A stretch of 57,056 nucleotides of DNA, the filler included, from Sphacelaria rigidula (taxonomy: Eukaryota): assembly GCA_964200075.2 (NCBI GenBank). It is 4 parts of 4 records of this genome, joined end to end, with 100 filler letters (N's around TTAATTAATTAA, not from the genome) between each part and the next. Parts side by side here need not be neighbours in the genome. Positions count along the whole stretch, not along the records: positions 1 to 14,191 come from CAXNAA020002400.1; 3 more parts are not named here. One strand, given 5' to 3'. Shown here one piece after another: positions 1 to 11,639 of this stretch (position 1 is the stretch's first letter; each line of letters starts with the position of its first letter). The notes under the pieces were generated by a model. That model was not told the DNA's origin and did not search any database. It saw nothing but the letters and a program-made list of their open reading frames with translations. Position numbers and translations under genes: made by a program.

Positions 1-243
1 GGTTATCACGTCTTGCAGTAGGCATTGTCACCTGTCTCCTCGCGCGCTCCGCTCTACCATCAATTGAAGCCTGCCCCCCCCCCCCCCCTCCCCCCTCCCC
101 CCTCACCGCGTATTATCTTCTTCAAAGACTTCAGATCCTAATCGCGAACCCGTGCGCTCCAACGTCAGCAGCCCGTCGTAGATGTGTTGAGTTACAAACT
201 AGTGAAGATTCTCGGGTGTGGGATTCTTGTGCACACACCCTGG

Positions 244-500
244 GAGTGATGCTACGGTAGAGGTACACAAATATTTTCTGAGGTTAGAATTGTTACAAGC
301 CCTTTATCTAATCCAAAACACGACTTGTGAAAATATGCGACAGTACGCCAGGGTTACTAGTCCAATGTGCTGGGGATATCCCGAATACATCTGCAAACGG
401 GGATGCCCTGGCCCATATTGTTGTGAATATAGAATTGTTGGGAGCCCCTGAACCAGACAGAATTTCGCGAAAAAAGTGCAACCCTACCGTAGCACTGCTC
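244..500. mobile_element. MITE with GAG...CTC termini and 4-bp TSD (Sola-like), copy A
   Basis: TIR GAGTGATGCTACGGTAGAGGTACAC / GTGCAACCCTACCGTAGCACTGCTC. CTGG flanks both sides (240-243, 501-504). The interior aligns by eye with 1657-1910. Confidence 0.85.
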
Positions 501-683
501 CTGGATAGAAAACAGCCGATCATCGAAATTTAGGATGGAGCTTTTCATTGAGGATGAAAACCCGGAAAATTAATATCTTCGAAATATGATTCCATTCCTT
601 CACCTACTGGTAGCTATTGACAACTACTGCACGCCCTACGAATTCGGATTGCGATAACCGAAATGTTGGGATCCTAGGTGAAG

Positions 684-1063
684 AAAAAAAAAGGGGGAAT
701 TCAGGTGATCCTGATCCGTCGCCCGTCGGGGGATGGGATCATATTTCGAATATGTGTGGTTTAGATACGGTTAAAATCGTACGGGTTCTCATCCCCTTGC
801 TCGGGACGAGTCCGTGGTCTCGAGGGATCAACCCATCTCTTCCCGGTATACGCGTTGCATTTAGTTCTCGCGGATTGGGTCAGCACTTCCGCACCACGTC
901 AACTCACGTCGAACAAACTTAGTCGAGTACTTCGTTCACTCACGTTCTCATGCCTTCCACGGTGGAAATCAGATACCACGAACAAAAATCCTGACGCATC
1001 GGGAATCGAACCCTCGTTTTCTCATCCCTAATGCCGACAGTCAGACCATTACACCAATTGGGC
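684..1063 (-). mobile_element. tRNA-headed SINE-like element (or tRNA pseudogene plus flanking repeat)
   Basis: Minus strand 1063-993 reads GCCCAAT-TGGTGTAATGG (A box)...TTAGGGATGAGA...GGTTCGATTCC (B box). The acceptor stem pairs poorly, so it is not a good tRNA. The body ends in CCCCCTTTTTTTTT. The body motif GGATGAGAACCCG...TTCGAAATATGATCCCATCC recurs on the + strand at ~551-598. Confidence 0.6.
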
Positions 1064-1086
1064 GATAATTGTATAGTCCCCGAAAA

Positions 1087-1618
1087 GAGTGATGCAACGG
1101 TAGGGGCGCACAAAACTGTTGTGGAGAATCGCGTTGTTGGGGGCCCTCCCTCTCACTCAAAAAACGTGGTACAGGACACCGCGATTTACATTCAGATCGA
1201 TGCTTGCTTGTACCGCCCACAGGCTCGAACAACAGCGTTCAGACGTAATTTCGTCCTAGGAGCACCATCAGCGTGAGTGCGTGGTATTTAGTGAACGATT
1301 GATCGATACCGTGATAGCCCCCCGTCCAAACCAGCCAAGAAGTGGGCCGATTTGGGAAGTGTATCTCGGCATTGTTCAATCCTGGTTTTGCTTATGCCGC
1401 CTTGGCGCGGGTCCGATGCTTTGTCTACGCACAACAGCACGTGTAGACAGTGCGGTACAAGATCACCATCCCAAGATGATGAGAACAATGCCGTGATAGC
1501 CCCCCCCAATCCAGCCCGTTTTTTTTTTTTTCGGGGGAGATTATCGCGGCATTACTCTAGTCCTAATCTGGTATCCTTACCCAGAACTGTTTTCAGCACC
1601 CCCGCCGTAGCATTGCTC
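1087..1618. mobile_element. Longer MITE with the same TIR family as 244-500 but a different interior
   Basis: GAGTGATGCAACGGTAGGGGCGC ... GCACCCCCGCCGTAGCATTGCTC. An internal duplication CCGTGATAGCCCCCC...CCAGCC occurs at ~1309 and ~1491. No TSD is retained. Confidence 0.75.
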
Positions 1619-2200
1619 GGGTACGACCTCAATACTCTACCCGAACTTTGGGTAGAGAGTGGTGCTACGGTAGGGGTGCACAAATATTTTCCGAGGTTGG
1701 AATTGTTTGGAGCCGTTTATCTCATCCAAAGCACGACTTATGAAAATATGTGAGAGCACGCCCGAACTATTCCAATGTGCTGGGGATATCTCGAATGAAT
1801 TTGCAAACGGGGATGTCCTGACCCATATTCTTGTCCATCTAAAACCGTAAGTAGCCCCTGAACCAGACATGATTTCGCGCAAAAAGTGCACCCCTACCGT
1901 AGCATTACTCTAGATTGGGTACAACCTCAAATACTGTACTGCATATTTTGAGTGTATTGGGTACGGCGTTAAATACGCTACCCAAATTTTGCTTAGATTG
2001 AGTACGAACTCGAATACCCTACTCAAATACTGGGTAAGCACTCTGAGCAATACCTGAAAATAGAAAATCACTTGGGTATGACCTCAATACTCTACGCAAA
2101 AACTGGGTAGATCGGGCACGATTTCAATACGCTATACCTAAATTTCTGGGCACTGAGAGAATGGGTTGTCAACAAAACGAGTGTTGGGTTCACCCTACCC
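1619..2200 (+). repeat. Degenerate ~40-bp tandem repeat (GGGTACGACCTCAATACTCTACCCAAATTTTGGGTAGATT-like), interrupted by the MITE at 1657-1910
   Basis: Units are visible at ~1619, 1917, 1959, 2000, 2074 and 2114. Confidence 0.7.
1657..1910. mobile_element. MITE with GAG...CTC termini and 4-bp TSD (Sola-like), copy B
   Basis: TIR GAGTGGTGCTACGGTAGGGGTGCAC / GTGCACCCCTACCGTAGCATTACTC. TAGA flanks both sides (1653-1656, 1911-1914). Confidence 0.9.
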
Positions 2201-2400
2201 GACTTGTCCTTGGAAAAATCACTTCCGAATGTCCGCATCGGGTGTGGCACGGTCTTGGCGCGAAACAAGACCCTGAGTATTCAGTTCAAGTAATTCCCTT
2301 TGAGAGGCTTCAACGCACTTCTTTGACGCTGCGACACCATTTCCAACGTGTCTTCCCCCTTTTTGCTAATACTTTCCCCCGCATCTCCAGGAGACGCTTC

Positions 2401-3267
2401 ATGCAAACAATGTGGGCATATATCAAGACCGTATACTTCTGTTCGACGCTGGGTATGGCTTTCTGCTTGATCCTGTGCACGTCCGAGAAAGGTGAATCGT
2501 CGATGCGTATGATGCTCAGTATCTCACGTGATATGAAGGCTCTCGGTCCGAGCGTATGTCTTCGACCTCGAACTAAGTACTACTCTTGGGCATGAAATAG
2601 CAGATGTCTTCGACCTCGAACTAAGTAATACTCTTGAGCATTAAACAGTCAGTTTTCTGTCTGTTTCAGTACGTCTCTCCGAGATCGGAACTCGCCAAAT
2701 ACACAAGGCCCATTAACTCCGAAGAACATAACTGTCCTCATACTTCGTAATGGTTGTCGAATCACCGCTGCCACTACTCCCTGCAGTGGGGCTGAGGAAG
2801 GCAGAGAGGGGCGATAGTTCCGAGCGACGTTTGTCTCCAAACGTCTCGTTCAACGTGCAACCTTTCTCCTCCACTCCGCGGTTGAGGCAGCGAGTGCTCC
2901 CACGTGTCACGTACACATCGCGTTGATGCTCTAGCTCGCCTCCCTCCGACCCTCCCGGTGAAACTCTCTTGGGAACTCAGGCTGCGTGTCACCAGGCGGG
3001 ACTTGCATGGACAAGATGGAGTGTTGCTCTGAAAAATGTGGTTTCGATCGGGAAGGAAGGGCTGCTGGGGTATGCGCAGAAGGTGTGTGACATCCCGACC
3101 AATCCGTAGCTAGCTCCAAAACTAGGACGCAGTTTACAGAACGTCCCCTAGGTTAATAATACTCTCGTAACATTTGGCGGCAAAAGCAATCACCCGAGAA
3201 ACACGCATCGATGCGATCATCTTTTATTTGCACAGTTGGATTTCAGGAGCAATCACCCTCGCGCAGC
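2401..3267 (+). CDS. Tentative 5' exons of the sulfotransferase-like gene (2401-2553, 2670-2746, 3236-3267), including a possible signal-anchor
   Basis: ATG at 2401 gives MQTMWAYIKTVYFCSTLGMAFCLILCT (hydrophobic stretch). GT/AG sites give phases 0, 2 and 1, which chain in frame into the exon at 3804. There is no motif support, so the chain could be chance. Confidence 0.35.
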
Positions 3268-3803
3268 GTGAGCCACACCTATTGTTTTTCACAAGTAACC
3301 GTGTGTGATATCGTAACACCCATGACTATCTGTAAACAAGTTGCCGCATACACATGCGTGGTGGTCTGTCGGAAGCTCATGTTCATCGCACCTCCCCTGT
3401 AACCCCTCGTTCACAAATGATGAGACGTTCCATATGTCGGGTGCTCGTACCCGATGCACCGGTGCACCTCTCTTCTGGCGATTCATTTTACTTGCGCATC
3501 ACTCTATCGCGTAACCGCACCCCACCGCTGTAACCGCAGCGATGCAAAATGCACGGACAAAATATGAGCAGTTGCTTCCGTGCCTTTTTATATTCCCCGA
3601 GGGTCATGGCGCACAGTATTTCTGATGCGTCCAGCGAAAACCTGCACGATTAGAGAATACATGGTGAGCCTTCTGTTGTGGAGATCACACGGCATGAGAA
3701 CAAAAAGCTATCGACAAATGTATTCCGAACCAGAAGACTGTCCTGCGAAGTTCACCTTCCAATTATGATGCTCAACCGTTTGTTTTGGATGATGCCACAC
3801 CAG

Positions 3804-6800
3804 GAGTCAGCTTGTCCACCCAGATCGAAGGGGAGCCACGGTTAGACCGTTGCAGCTTACCTATTGGAGCAGTGCGGAAGACCGTCTTCAGTTCAAAGAT
3901 GAGGCTGCTGGCACTTGTCGGTCTGGAGGGGTCTGGCCACCACATATTCCGAACGGTGATCACGTACGTGGCTGTTTATCATGCACACACGCTGTGAAGT
4001 TGCAGTGGGCAATCGCGTGGAGTGTTGTGCTGCACTTGATTTGGCGGGAGTTGTTATGGGCTTCGGCACACCGTGCATACCGTCGCGGTGCCCATGAGGT
4101 GGCACGATACGCATGAGTGTTTCCTAAGGCTACCAATTCGAAGTGTGTCAATTGCGCAGGCTTGAGCACGCGTGAGATATCAACCAGTCACCGGTGCCAT
4201 GTTGACGATCGTATTCTGGGTCCACACGCGAGGAAAACATTTCTGAGCGGATGGCCCGTGTATTCAATGTCCTTGAGGTGTCGATTTGGTACTTGAAATG
4301 TCGAACGGGCCTACTACACTAGTCACTGAAGGGCCACAGTCAGCAAGTGTCAAGGAGCCTTAGTCGCACATGTTGAGAATATGTACTGCAACATGCGCTT
4401 GTGATGGAACAGAAGCATGGGATCAGAGGAAGACGCAGTAATACAAACAGAAGACATCGCTTTCAGGCCCCTGTTCGGACTCGAGCAGGGATTGACGGCT
4501 AACGGTCGGCGGGAAATTCGACGTGAGATGGAACGGTGAGCGGCCGAACCCACTTTCACCTGGTATATTCATTCCCAAGGGGCACGTTTCATGCTTGCTC
4601 ATCACCGCCCAGGGGTTATCGGTACCCCACTACAGTCGAGGTGGTGGACACAGCGCTGCGTGCCGTCCATTCCGTGGCATTGATTTCGCATACCAGTAGT
4701 TTGACCGAACTCAGCTTGTGTCCGTATCCCATCATTCCTCATGGCCCATGGCTTCCCCGTCGATACAGCCATGAACAAACGTTCGTGTTTTGCAAGACAT
4801 TTCGTTCTTGTTTCTGTTGCTCTACCCGGAAGCTATTTGACGCACAATCTGCACCCCGAACGTCGAATGAGCTGATGTCTCGTCGTCGTTGCTGTTGATG
4901 CACGCATTCGCTGAAGAAGCTGGGCGTTCGATATACTACGCTGCTCGACGGACCCGTTTGATTCCCTCCGATTGCACAGTAATCATAGCAGTGAAGAGCC
5001 CAACTCCAGAGACGCGTAAGTATATGCGTCAACTGATTCGTGCTACCTGATTATCGTGTTACGCATAGGTTGGCGGCGGTGGAGCATACCATTCAACACC
5101 CGGGCGTGATAATCGATCTTGATACACCCTCGTACCCCTACGACAGTGGTGCTGACAAGGTAATGAAGTACACTGATTTGCGGATGTTGGCCCAGTTTGC
5201 GGAGGAAGAAGGTTTGGACTTCCGGGTTATTTATCTGCAGCGGTCGGCGAAGGATATGTTGATCGCCGATACGATGCATCGTCATTTTCAAAAGTGAGTT
5301 GTTGCGAGGTGCGTCGAGTCTCTGACGATGGACGAGAGCAGCGAGGGGTGTACGAAGCTTTTCGTGTGGTGTTACTGCTGCACCATGTGTGTGTCCACAT
5401 TCAGTGCTCGTTGGCAGGAATTACGGACATGATGAATGAGCAAGCCTCCTCTAGCACTCAGTGGTTCAGCCGGCATTGAAATAAATCACTTCATTCCCCT
5501 GCGATTTAACATAGGAGCCCACAACCTATTCAGTCAAGTTCATCTTCGGAAACGGAACCAGTCACTCATCACCTTGGTCTATGCGTTTGCGTTTTTACGT
5601 GATCGCTCTGCTGCCACACTTTCCTTGTTGTGACTGTTCATTTTCCATGTTCAAGTTGCAGCGCTCCTCATTACGAGACCTACAGTAGTGGGTGGTCTAA
5701 CTTTTTAGGGGTGTTTTGGGGGTTTTCCTCGGGTACTAGTCTTCGCTAGAACTGGAAATAGCTAGCGTCGGTAGGTTTTGGTACAACAAAACAGACTATC
5801 TTCGGAACACGGTGCGCAAGCCAGTGTTGGTTGGTGATATCGGGCGAAACGACTGAATACCCTGTTTACCAGGAGGGTATTTTTGACCGTAAAACACAGT
5901 TTCGGCCCTAGTGCACTGAGTAGGCAGAATTCCAAAAACTAAAACTGTACATTCCTTTACAGATATGATCGGGACGGGCTCGATCGACCGAAAATACAGG
6001 AGAGTAAGAACCTGGGCTGAGACGTAGCCGGACCCCCGATGACCGGTCAGCCCGTAAGTCTCTCAATATTGAGTACAGATGATTTTTCCCTCTTGGAATG
6101 TGGAGCGGATACAAATATCTTCAGATCCCCGATGTGATGGGAGGTGGCGAACGAAAAGAGCCCAAGACAATCGCCAAGCTCGAAAATATCATGAAATGCA
6201 ACAACATGAATAGTTAGACCGCCCACTGCTGTAGTTCGAAATGTATTGACTTTGTGCGCGATGAACGCTGCCAATCCTCTGCCCTTCTTGCGCGCATTGT
6301 CGTTGATGTCAAGCTTGTCCTTGTGACAATTGCTCCATGGTTCGACTGTCGGCCTCTTGTTTTGCATGCGGCAGTTCCCTCGGCGATGACCCCGACACCA
6401 CCACGCCAGAAGCCCTGTTGTACCACTTCGTGAAGATCATGTTCACAAATGCTGCCGTCATGAGCTCCATGCTGAATGAGCTCGACGAGGCGTTCGTGGT
6501 ATGCCACAGGTACGACATGGAGAAGACACTATTGACTGAGTCCTTTGTACGTGCTAGCCAGATGACAGGGGAAGCCTTTGTATATCACCTATAGAGTCGT
6601 ATCCTACTAGAAAAAAAAGATGAAGATGACACTTGAGACCAGATAAAGCATATTTCATATAGATCCCTCTCTTGTACAACAAGCACGTATGCACCGCCGT
6701 CTTGAGCGCGATGCACACAGTCGGAAAAATAACGTCGGCCGGCAGTCCTGCGCAGCAACTCCTCGGGAACAGGGGTGCTGTTGGGGTTGTTCGGATGATA

Positions 6801-9800
6801 CAGCGCCCTACTAGATCCAACATAATAATGTGTAGGCCCGTTACTTGAGAACTGGGCAGCTCATACTCTAGGTGCTCTCTAGAAAAATATCCTGTACTTT
6901 TTACAGGCGATACGACAAGTACTCCGGGATTATTAACATTTTCGGCAGTCGATACTCCAGGAATTCCGTATCACATTGGCCCACTGTCACATTTTGGCCG
7001 TGTCCAGATAGAGCGGCAGGCTTGTGTGTGAGAACATGATCTCGAGCCAAGCACAGAAAGATGTGCCGCGGACGGGTTGCCGGTACTGGAGGGTAGACCG
7101 GTGGATAGTGCAATACGCTCTTTGTAGTCTGCTGCGAGGAATATCCGCTCACTCACTAGCCTCAATTTTTCATGCACAACCAACACCGAAGACCTTGTCA
7201 AGAGGAGCAAAACACACCAACGGCCGAAGGCATGGCTGTATCACACTGAGAATGCCACAAACGTTCCCTTCAATGCGGCAGCAGCGGTGTTGAAATGGAC
7301 ATGCGTGCACACGACCCACCATATTTCCACCACTACGGCCATGTCAAAAATAATATGACAACGCAGTGGCCGCCGCAAATGACACGGGGAGACTCCACAC
7401 TCTGCTTGATACAAACCCACGTATCTCCTCAGCGCCCGGTAAAAGGGTGCTGTGACAAGAAAAGCCTGACATCCCTCATGAATACAAACATTTTTGTCGG
7501 GGTGTATTTGGCTGGGTTTTGCGCCAAGAGGTTGAAGCATTGACCTTCGCGGACTGAATCGGGCCGAGCGTGTCCGTGAAGGAGACCTTCCCGTATGCGC
7601 ACGGCGTACTCGAACTTCACGCGTGATGTTGCGTTACCACTTCCCCACTTCCCGAAGGAAAGTATCTTTGGCTGAGCGCGTTACTCATCGGTGGGCATAT
7701 TCCCGTACTACCGAGCTACACTATACGTACGGTGAGGGAAAGCGAAGATACCCTAGCGGCGATGAGAGCGCACGACGAGGTGTGTCTCCTGCGCCAGCAG
7801 TTAATCGGCGCTCAAGACCTGCATGTTCCCCTCTCTGTCCCCATGTCATATATTACAATGATTTCGTGAGATTGAGAGTAGAGCGTTGATTGAGAGTGGA
7901 CTTTATCATTCGCTTTAACTTGACCAATTTTACACCCTGTGTGTGCTTTTCATGCCTGTGACAATGGCATGTGCTACAGCTACACGTCGATATCGTACTC
8001 AGGGGTATCAAGGGCTCCAGTGGCAAGCTACTACAGAGAGCGCATCGGGCCTCGTGTAGGGGAATCTCGGAACTGAAACTATTCATTGATAGATTGACCG
8101 CTTCTCACTCTCAGTCGCAATCTCCACTCTCAATCTCATGAAAATATTGTTCCATGCGTGTCGAAGGGCGTACGCTCGTGTTTCAAAGGTGCTGCGGATA
8201 GACTACGACTCTTGACGTGCTCTGGACTTCCAATGCATTTTCAGTGCTTGCTATCCGAGAGTAACTGGAGTATCGCCGAAAAAAATGAGTATCTCAGAGT
8301 ACCGAACGTATAGACTGCCGAATACTCAAGTAGCTTGCTACTGATTCCTAGTGCAAATCCCCCGATTCTACTTTCTTTGTTGTCTTCTTGTGACCATCCA
8401 TGGGCAGGGGGAAGTGAGAACAAAATGCTGAAAAATATTCTCCTGTCCACTGTGAGAATATATTCCCCTTACTGTCGTCAAATGTGTCCCGAAATATTTC
8501 CCTACCCATTTTGAAAAATCTACTACCCGTGACTATATGTGAAGATCACCATATTTCCCTACCCATCATGAACATTCCCCCCACCCATATCCATAGGAAA
8601 AGTCACAAAATATTAAACATTCAGTATCCATGTCAAGAGTCCACACCCTGGACAAAATGTGGGCAATAGCTGCAACAGATGAAATTGTACCACGTGAAAT
8701 ATAGGCCTATCGCAACTATTGTCGGACAAATTGCCAAAACCTTTCCGTACCCATTTCCATGTAAAAAGTTACCGAGATACATGTGGTATTCCACTGAACT
8801 AAGGACATCGAAACGAATAAAAGATCGAATTGTAGAGCCTTCTCGGAAAACTTCGTTGGATGCATGCGCAGTGCCGCATAGCCTGTTTTGTGCGGTGTAT
8901 CGTAATGTGGAGCGAGGGTGTCAGACAGCGGTGCAGCAGTACGTGCAGAAAGTGTGGTGTCCTGGGGGCGGGGCCGAGACAAACCCTGTCACAGGTCAGC
9001 AGGACAGCAGGGCGGGGGGGATGGGCGACAGGCGATAGCGGCTTCAACCCTGTCGCTTCAACCGCCTAGTAAACAAGCTGCCAGCATACTGAATATAATC
9101 AACAAGCTGCCAGCATACTAAATATAATCAACCGGTTGTTACTATATCATTCGCCGCGGGACCTCTCAGTTTAACCATAGATGGACACCTGATGAACGGC
9201 CGCTTTGCCCATATTGAAAACGCCATACATAATGAGTCGAGATTATGCCACTAGGAGTATATGGGTGATACAGAAGTGCATTCGAACCAATGTATCTACA
9301 TGTGAATATTCTACTTCCGATATGAATGGGGCAGATGTGAAATCCGGCCGCAAAGCCCAAATCGACCAAAAGATTCATGTCGTACGTCCAACATGCCATT
9401 TGCCCAGTGCGGGCAACGCTGTGCAACTCGGACAGAAGGAGGGCGATGGGGTACCACTGTACTGTACTGTATTGTATGGAGTCATCCATACTCGTATCCC
9501 TACCATGTTCTCCAGAAGTCAGACCACGACATCACCTACAATTCTATGAAATTAGGTTGTACGGTGTAATGAGGTTCAAGCCCGCAACAGTGCTTGAACC
9601 TCATTTCATCGTATAACCTCATTTTATATAATTATCGGTTACATGATCTACGCACTTCTTGCATGGGACCATCAGCCGAAAATACTGTACCGAAACGAGG
9701 CCGGGCGCTCCAGGGGTTGACCCTTTCACCACCAGAGTGGATCATCTGTCGAATTAGTATAATTTTCTCCCGGTCCCATTTTCTCTCGAAAAGTGACTGA

Positions 9801-11149
9801 GACACAGATCGCCAACCCGAGCGGGCAAAGGATAGACCCTTTGACCGCCACGGTTGATTTTCTGTTTGATCGGCACGATTTTCACTTGAAGAAGGACTGG
9901 AGGGCTTAGATGGCTTACCTGAGGGTCAAAACGGGTTGACAGGCAAACAATTCAAGTCGACTCTAGTTAGAAGGCCGGTCTCTTGGACATAGTTGGTGGG
10001 TGGTGAAAAAGTACCACCAGAAATCGTACACCATCGCTGCCACTGAAGGCACACTGACTAATACTTGGAATGCCCATGATTGATGCATTGATGGTTTGCC
10101 TCGGCAGGAGACACCAGGTAACTCGTTGGGTGCTATACGAAACGTTTTCTTTTGACACGGGTGCTTTATTGTGATTCACATTCCAAGCTAATGCTCCCTA
10201 CCACAGATTTCACCACGGTATACAGTACTCTGAGCATGTCCGGAAACACCCTCGTGCGGTAATTGTCTCCCCTACCTGCGCGTCCCTGGGGGCGAACGCC
10301 CGTTGCGGGTATGTCGAACTAGACAATTTTGTGTATTTCTTGTGATGAGAATGGGGAAGGCTGCCATGACAAATCTCCACGTCACTGAATTTTTTCCCTG
10401 TCAAGCAGCAGGAACAGCGACGAGTACGTCATAGAAGAGCCTATTCGAATCGCAAGGCTTGAAATATTGCCTGTCGTTAACACCGTTTGGTGGCCGCTTG
10501 GGTTGCCACTATAGTTGGGCGCAAGTTACTTGGGGAGCTCGCACATGAGTTCTCGTCCATCGAAGTACTCAAACAGTACCACGTATCCCAGACTATCTAG
10601 AGTACCGCCTGCCGCCGGAAATATTGAACATTTCGGAATACCTGGAGCATTGACCGCCGAGAATTCTGGGTATTCCAGAGCACTGGGCGTATGGACTGCC
10701 GAAAATATTGAGCATTCCAAACCTTCCGGAGTATAGACACCCCAAATTTATTGTACCCGTCTCTACACTATCCCAAGTATCGTTGCCGTGTTCGTAGTAC
10801 GAGTACAGCAAAGTCGTCTTCAGATGTCCACTATGCTATGTCTATCCTTCACGTCCCCAATGACCACGACAATCCCTGCATCGTTTGTTTAATACTGATA
10901 ATGTGTGCTGTAAAATCTATCCCATGTAGGTACGACTTGATGACGAATGAAAATCAAGCGCGAGATGTCGCGACCTTCATCTCTCCGTCGGCGGAGGTGG
11001 CCGAAATGTTTTTCATGACGCTTATGGACACGGCAGAGGCCAGATCTGGAGCTTCAGAGGAATTGCCGTTTCCCGATGCGGATATCGCTGCTGAGCGCAT
11101 CCAACAAAAGTTGGACGTTTTTGAACCGACCTATTGCAGCAGTGCATAG
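3804..11149 (+). CDS. Multi-exon putative P-loop sulfotransferase-like protein (exons 3804-3963, 4413-4535, 5069-5293, 6375-6509, 10930-11149)
   Basis: All four introns are GT-AG and phase 2, giving one open frame: ...RLLALVGLEGSGHHIFR...TPSYPY...YTDLRMLAQFAEEEGLDFRVIYLQRSAKDMLIADTMHRHF...VCHRYDLM...FEPTYCSSA*. GLEGSGHH resembles the 5'-PAPS-binding loop and IYLQRS resembles the 3'-phosphate-binding strand of sulfotransferases. Confidence 0.75.
5683..6231. mobile_element. Tc1/mariner-type MITE in an intron
   Basis: TIR CAGTAGTGGGTGGTCTAACT / AGTTAGACCGCCCACTGCTG (2 mismatches), with TA on both sides. Confidence 0.85.
7855..8150. mobile_element. MITE family with ACAATGTTTTCGTGAGATTGAGAGT termini, copy 1
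   Basis: The ~29-bp imperfect TIR is present at both ends. The interior (CAGCTACACGTCGATATCGTACTCAGGGGTATCAAGGGC...CGGAACTGAAACTATTCA) recurs at 30662-30921, and one end recurs at ~12777. Confidence 0.75.
9700..9960. repeat. Dispersed repeat built from TTGACCGC / CAGATG..TACCC motifs (same family as 52880-53890)
   Basis: CCCTTTGACCGC and GGTCAAAACGGGTTGAC motifs occur in both orientations and are shared with contig 4. Confidence 0.45.
10540..10810. repeat. Dispersed degenerate repeat (GAGTAT..ACTGCCGAAAAT units)
   Basis: Related fragments are at ~6840-6970 (reverse), 8260-8330 and 42420-42560. Confidence 0.4.
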
Positions 11150-11639
11150 TTAGTTTTGCGGTTCTCAACACAAATAAATCCGCAAACTCCATGTATAAGT
11201 GCCTAGAAGGCGATGGCTTCGGCGGTTATTCCGGGATCTACTGGTACCACCCGACCAAACGCGTTGGGATACCCATGTATCGACGGCGTTCGGGGGCAAC
11301 ACCAGGATTTATCCAAATATGTTGCCTTGAAGAATCCTACGGCGTGCCTATTTTTCTGCAAGACACGTCAAACCAGATGAGACAAGAAAGCGGCAACACT
11401 GCCTAGACATGTACATCTATGTACGTACAACCGCGAGATGTAATGTATGCCGCACGATAGGATGGGAAGTACTCATCGCTCTCGTTGTAGATATATGTCG
11501 CACTTAGCTACAGTATCGATGAGTTTAGCCCGACGCGATCGTAGGCGCCATAGTGGCGGTAACAACAGCGTGTCGAATATCACATTGATGAGTGTATATA
11601 GGAGAGGCATGAACTGCCAAGAAAGTGGGTAGCACAGTA

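Noticed and set aside
993..1063. Functional tRNA-Pro gene
   Set aside because: The A and B boxes are present but the acceptor and anticodon stems pair poorly, so it is treated as a SINE head or pseudogene.
2555..2648. ~50-bp tandem duplication ATGTCTTCGACCTCGAACTAAGTA
   Set aside because: There are only two copies, inside a putative intron. It is an ordinary local duplication.
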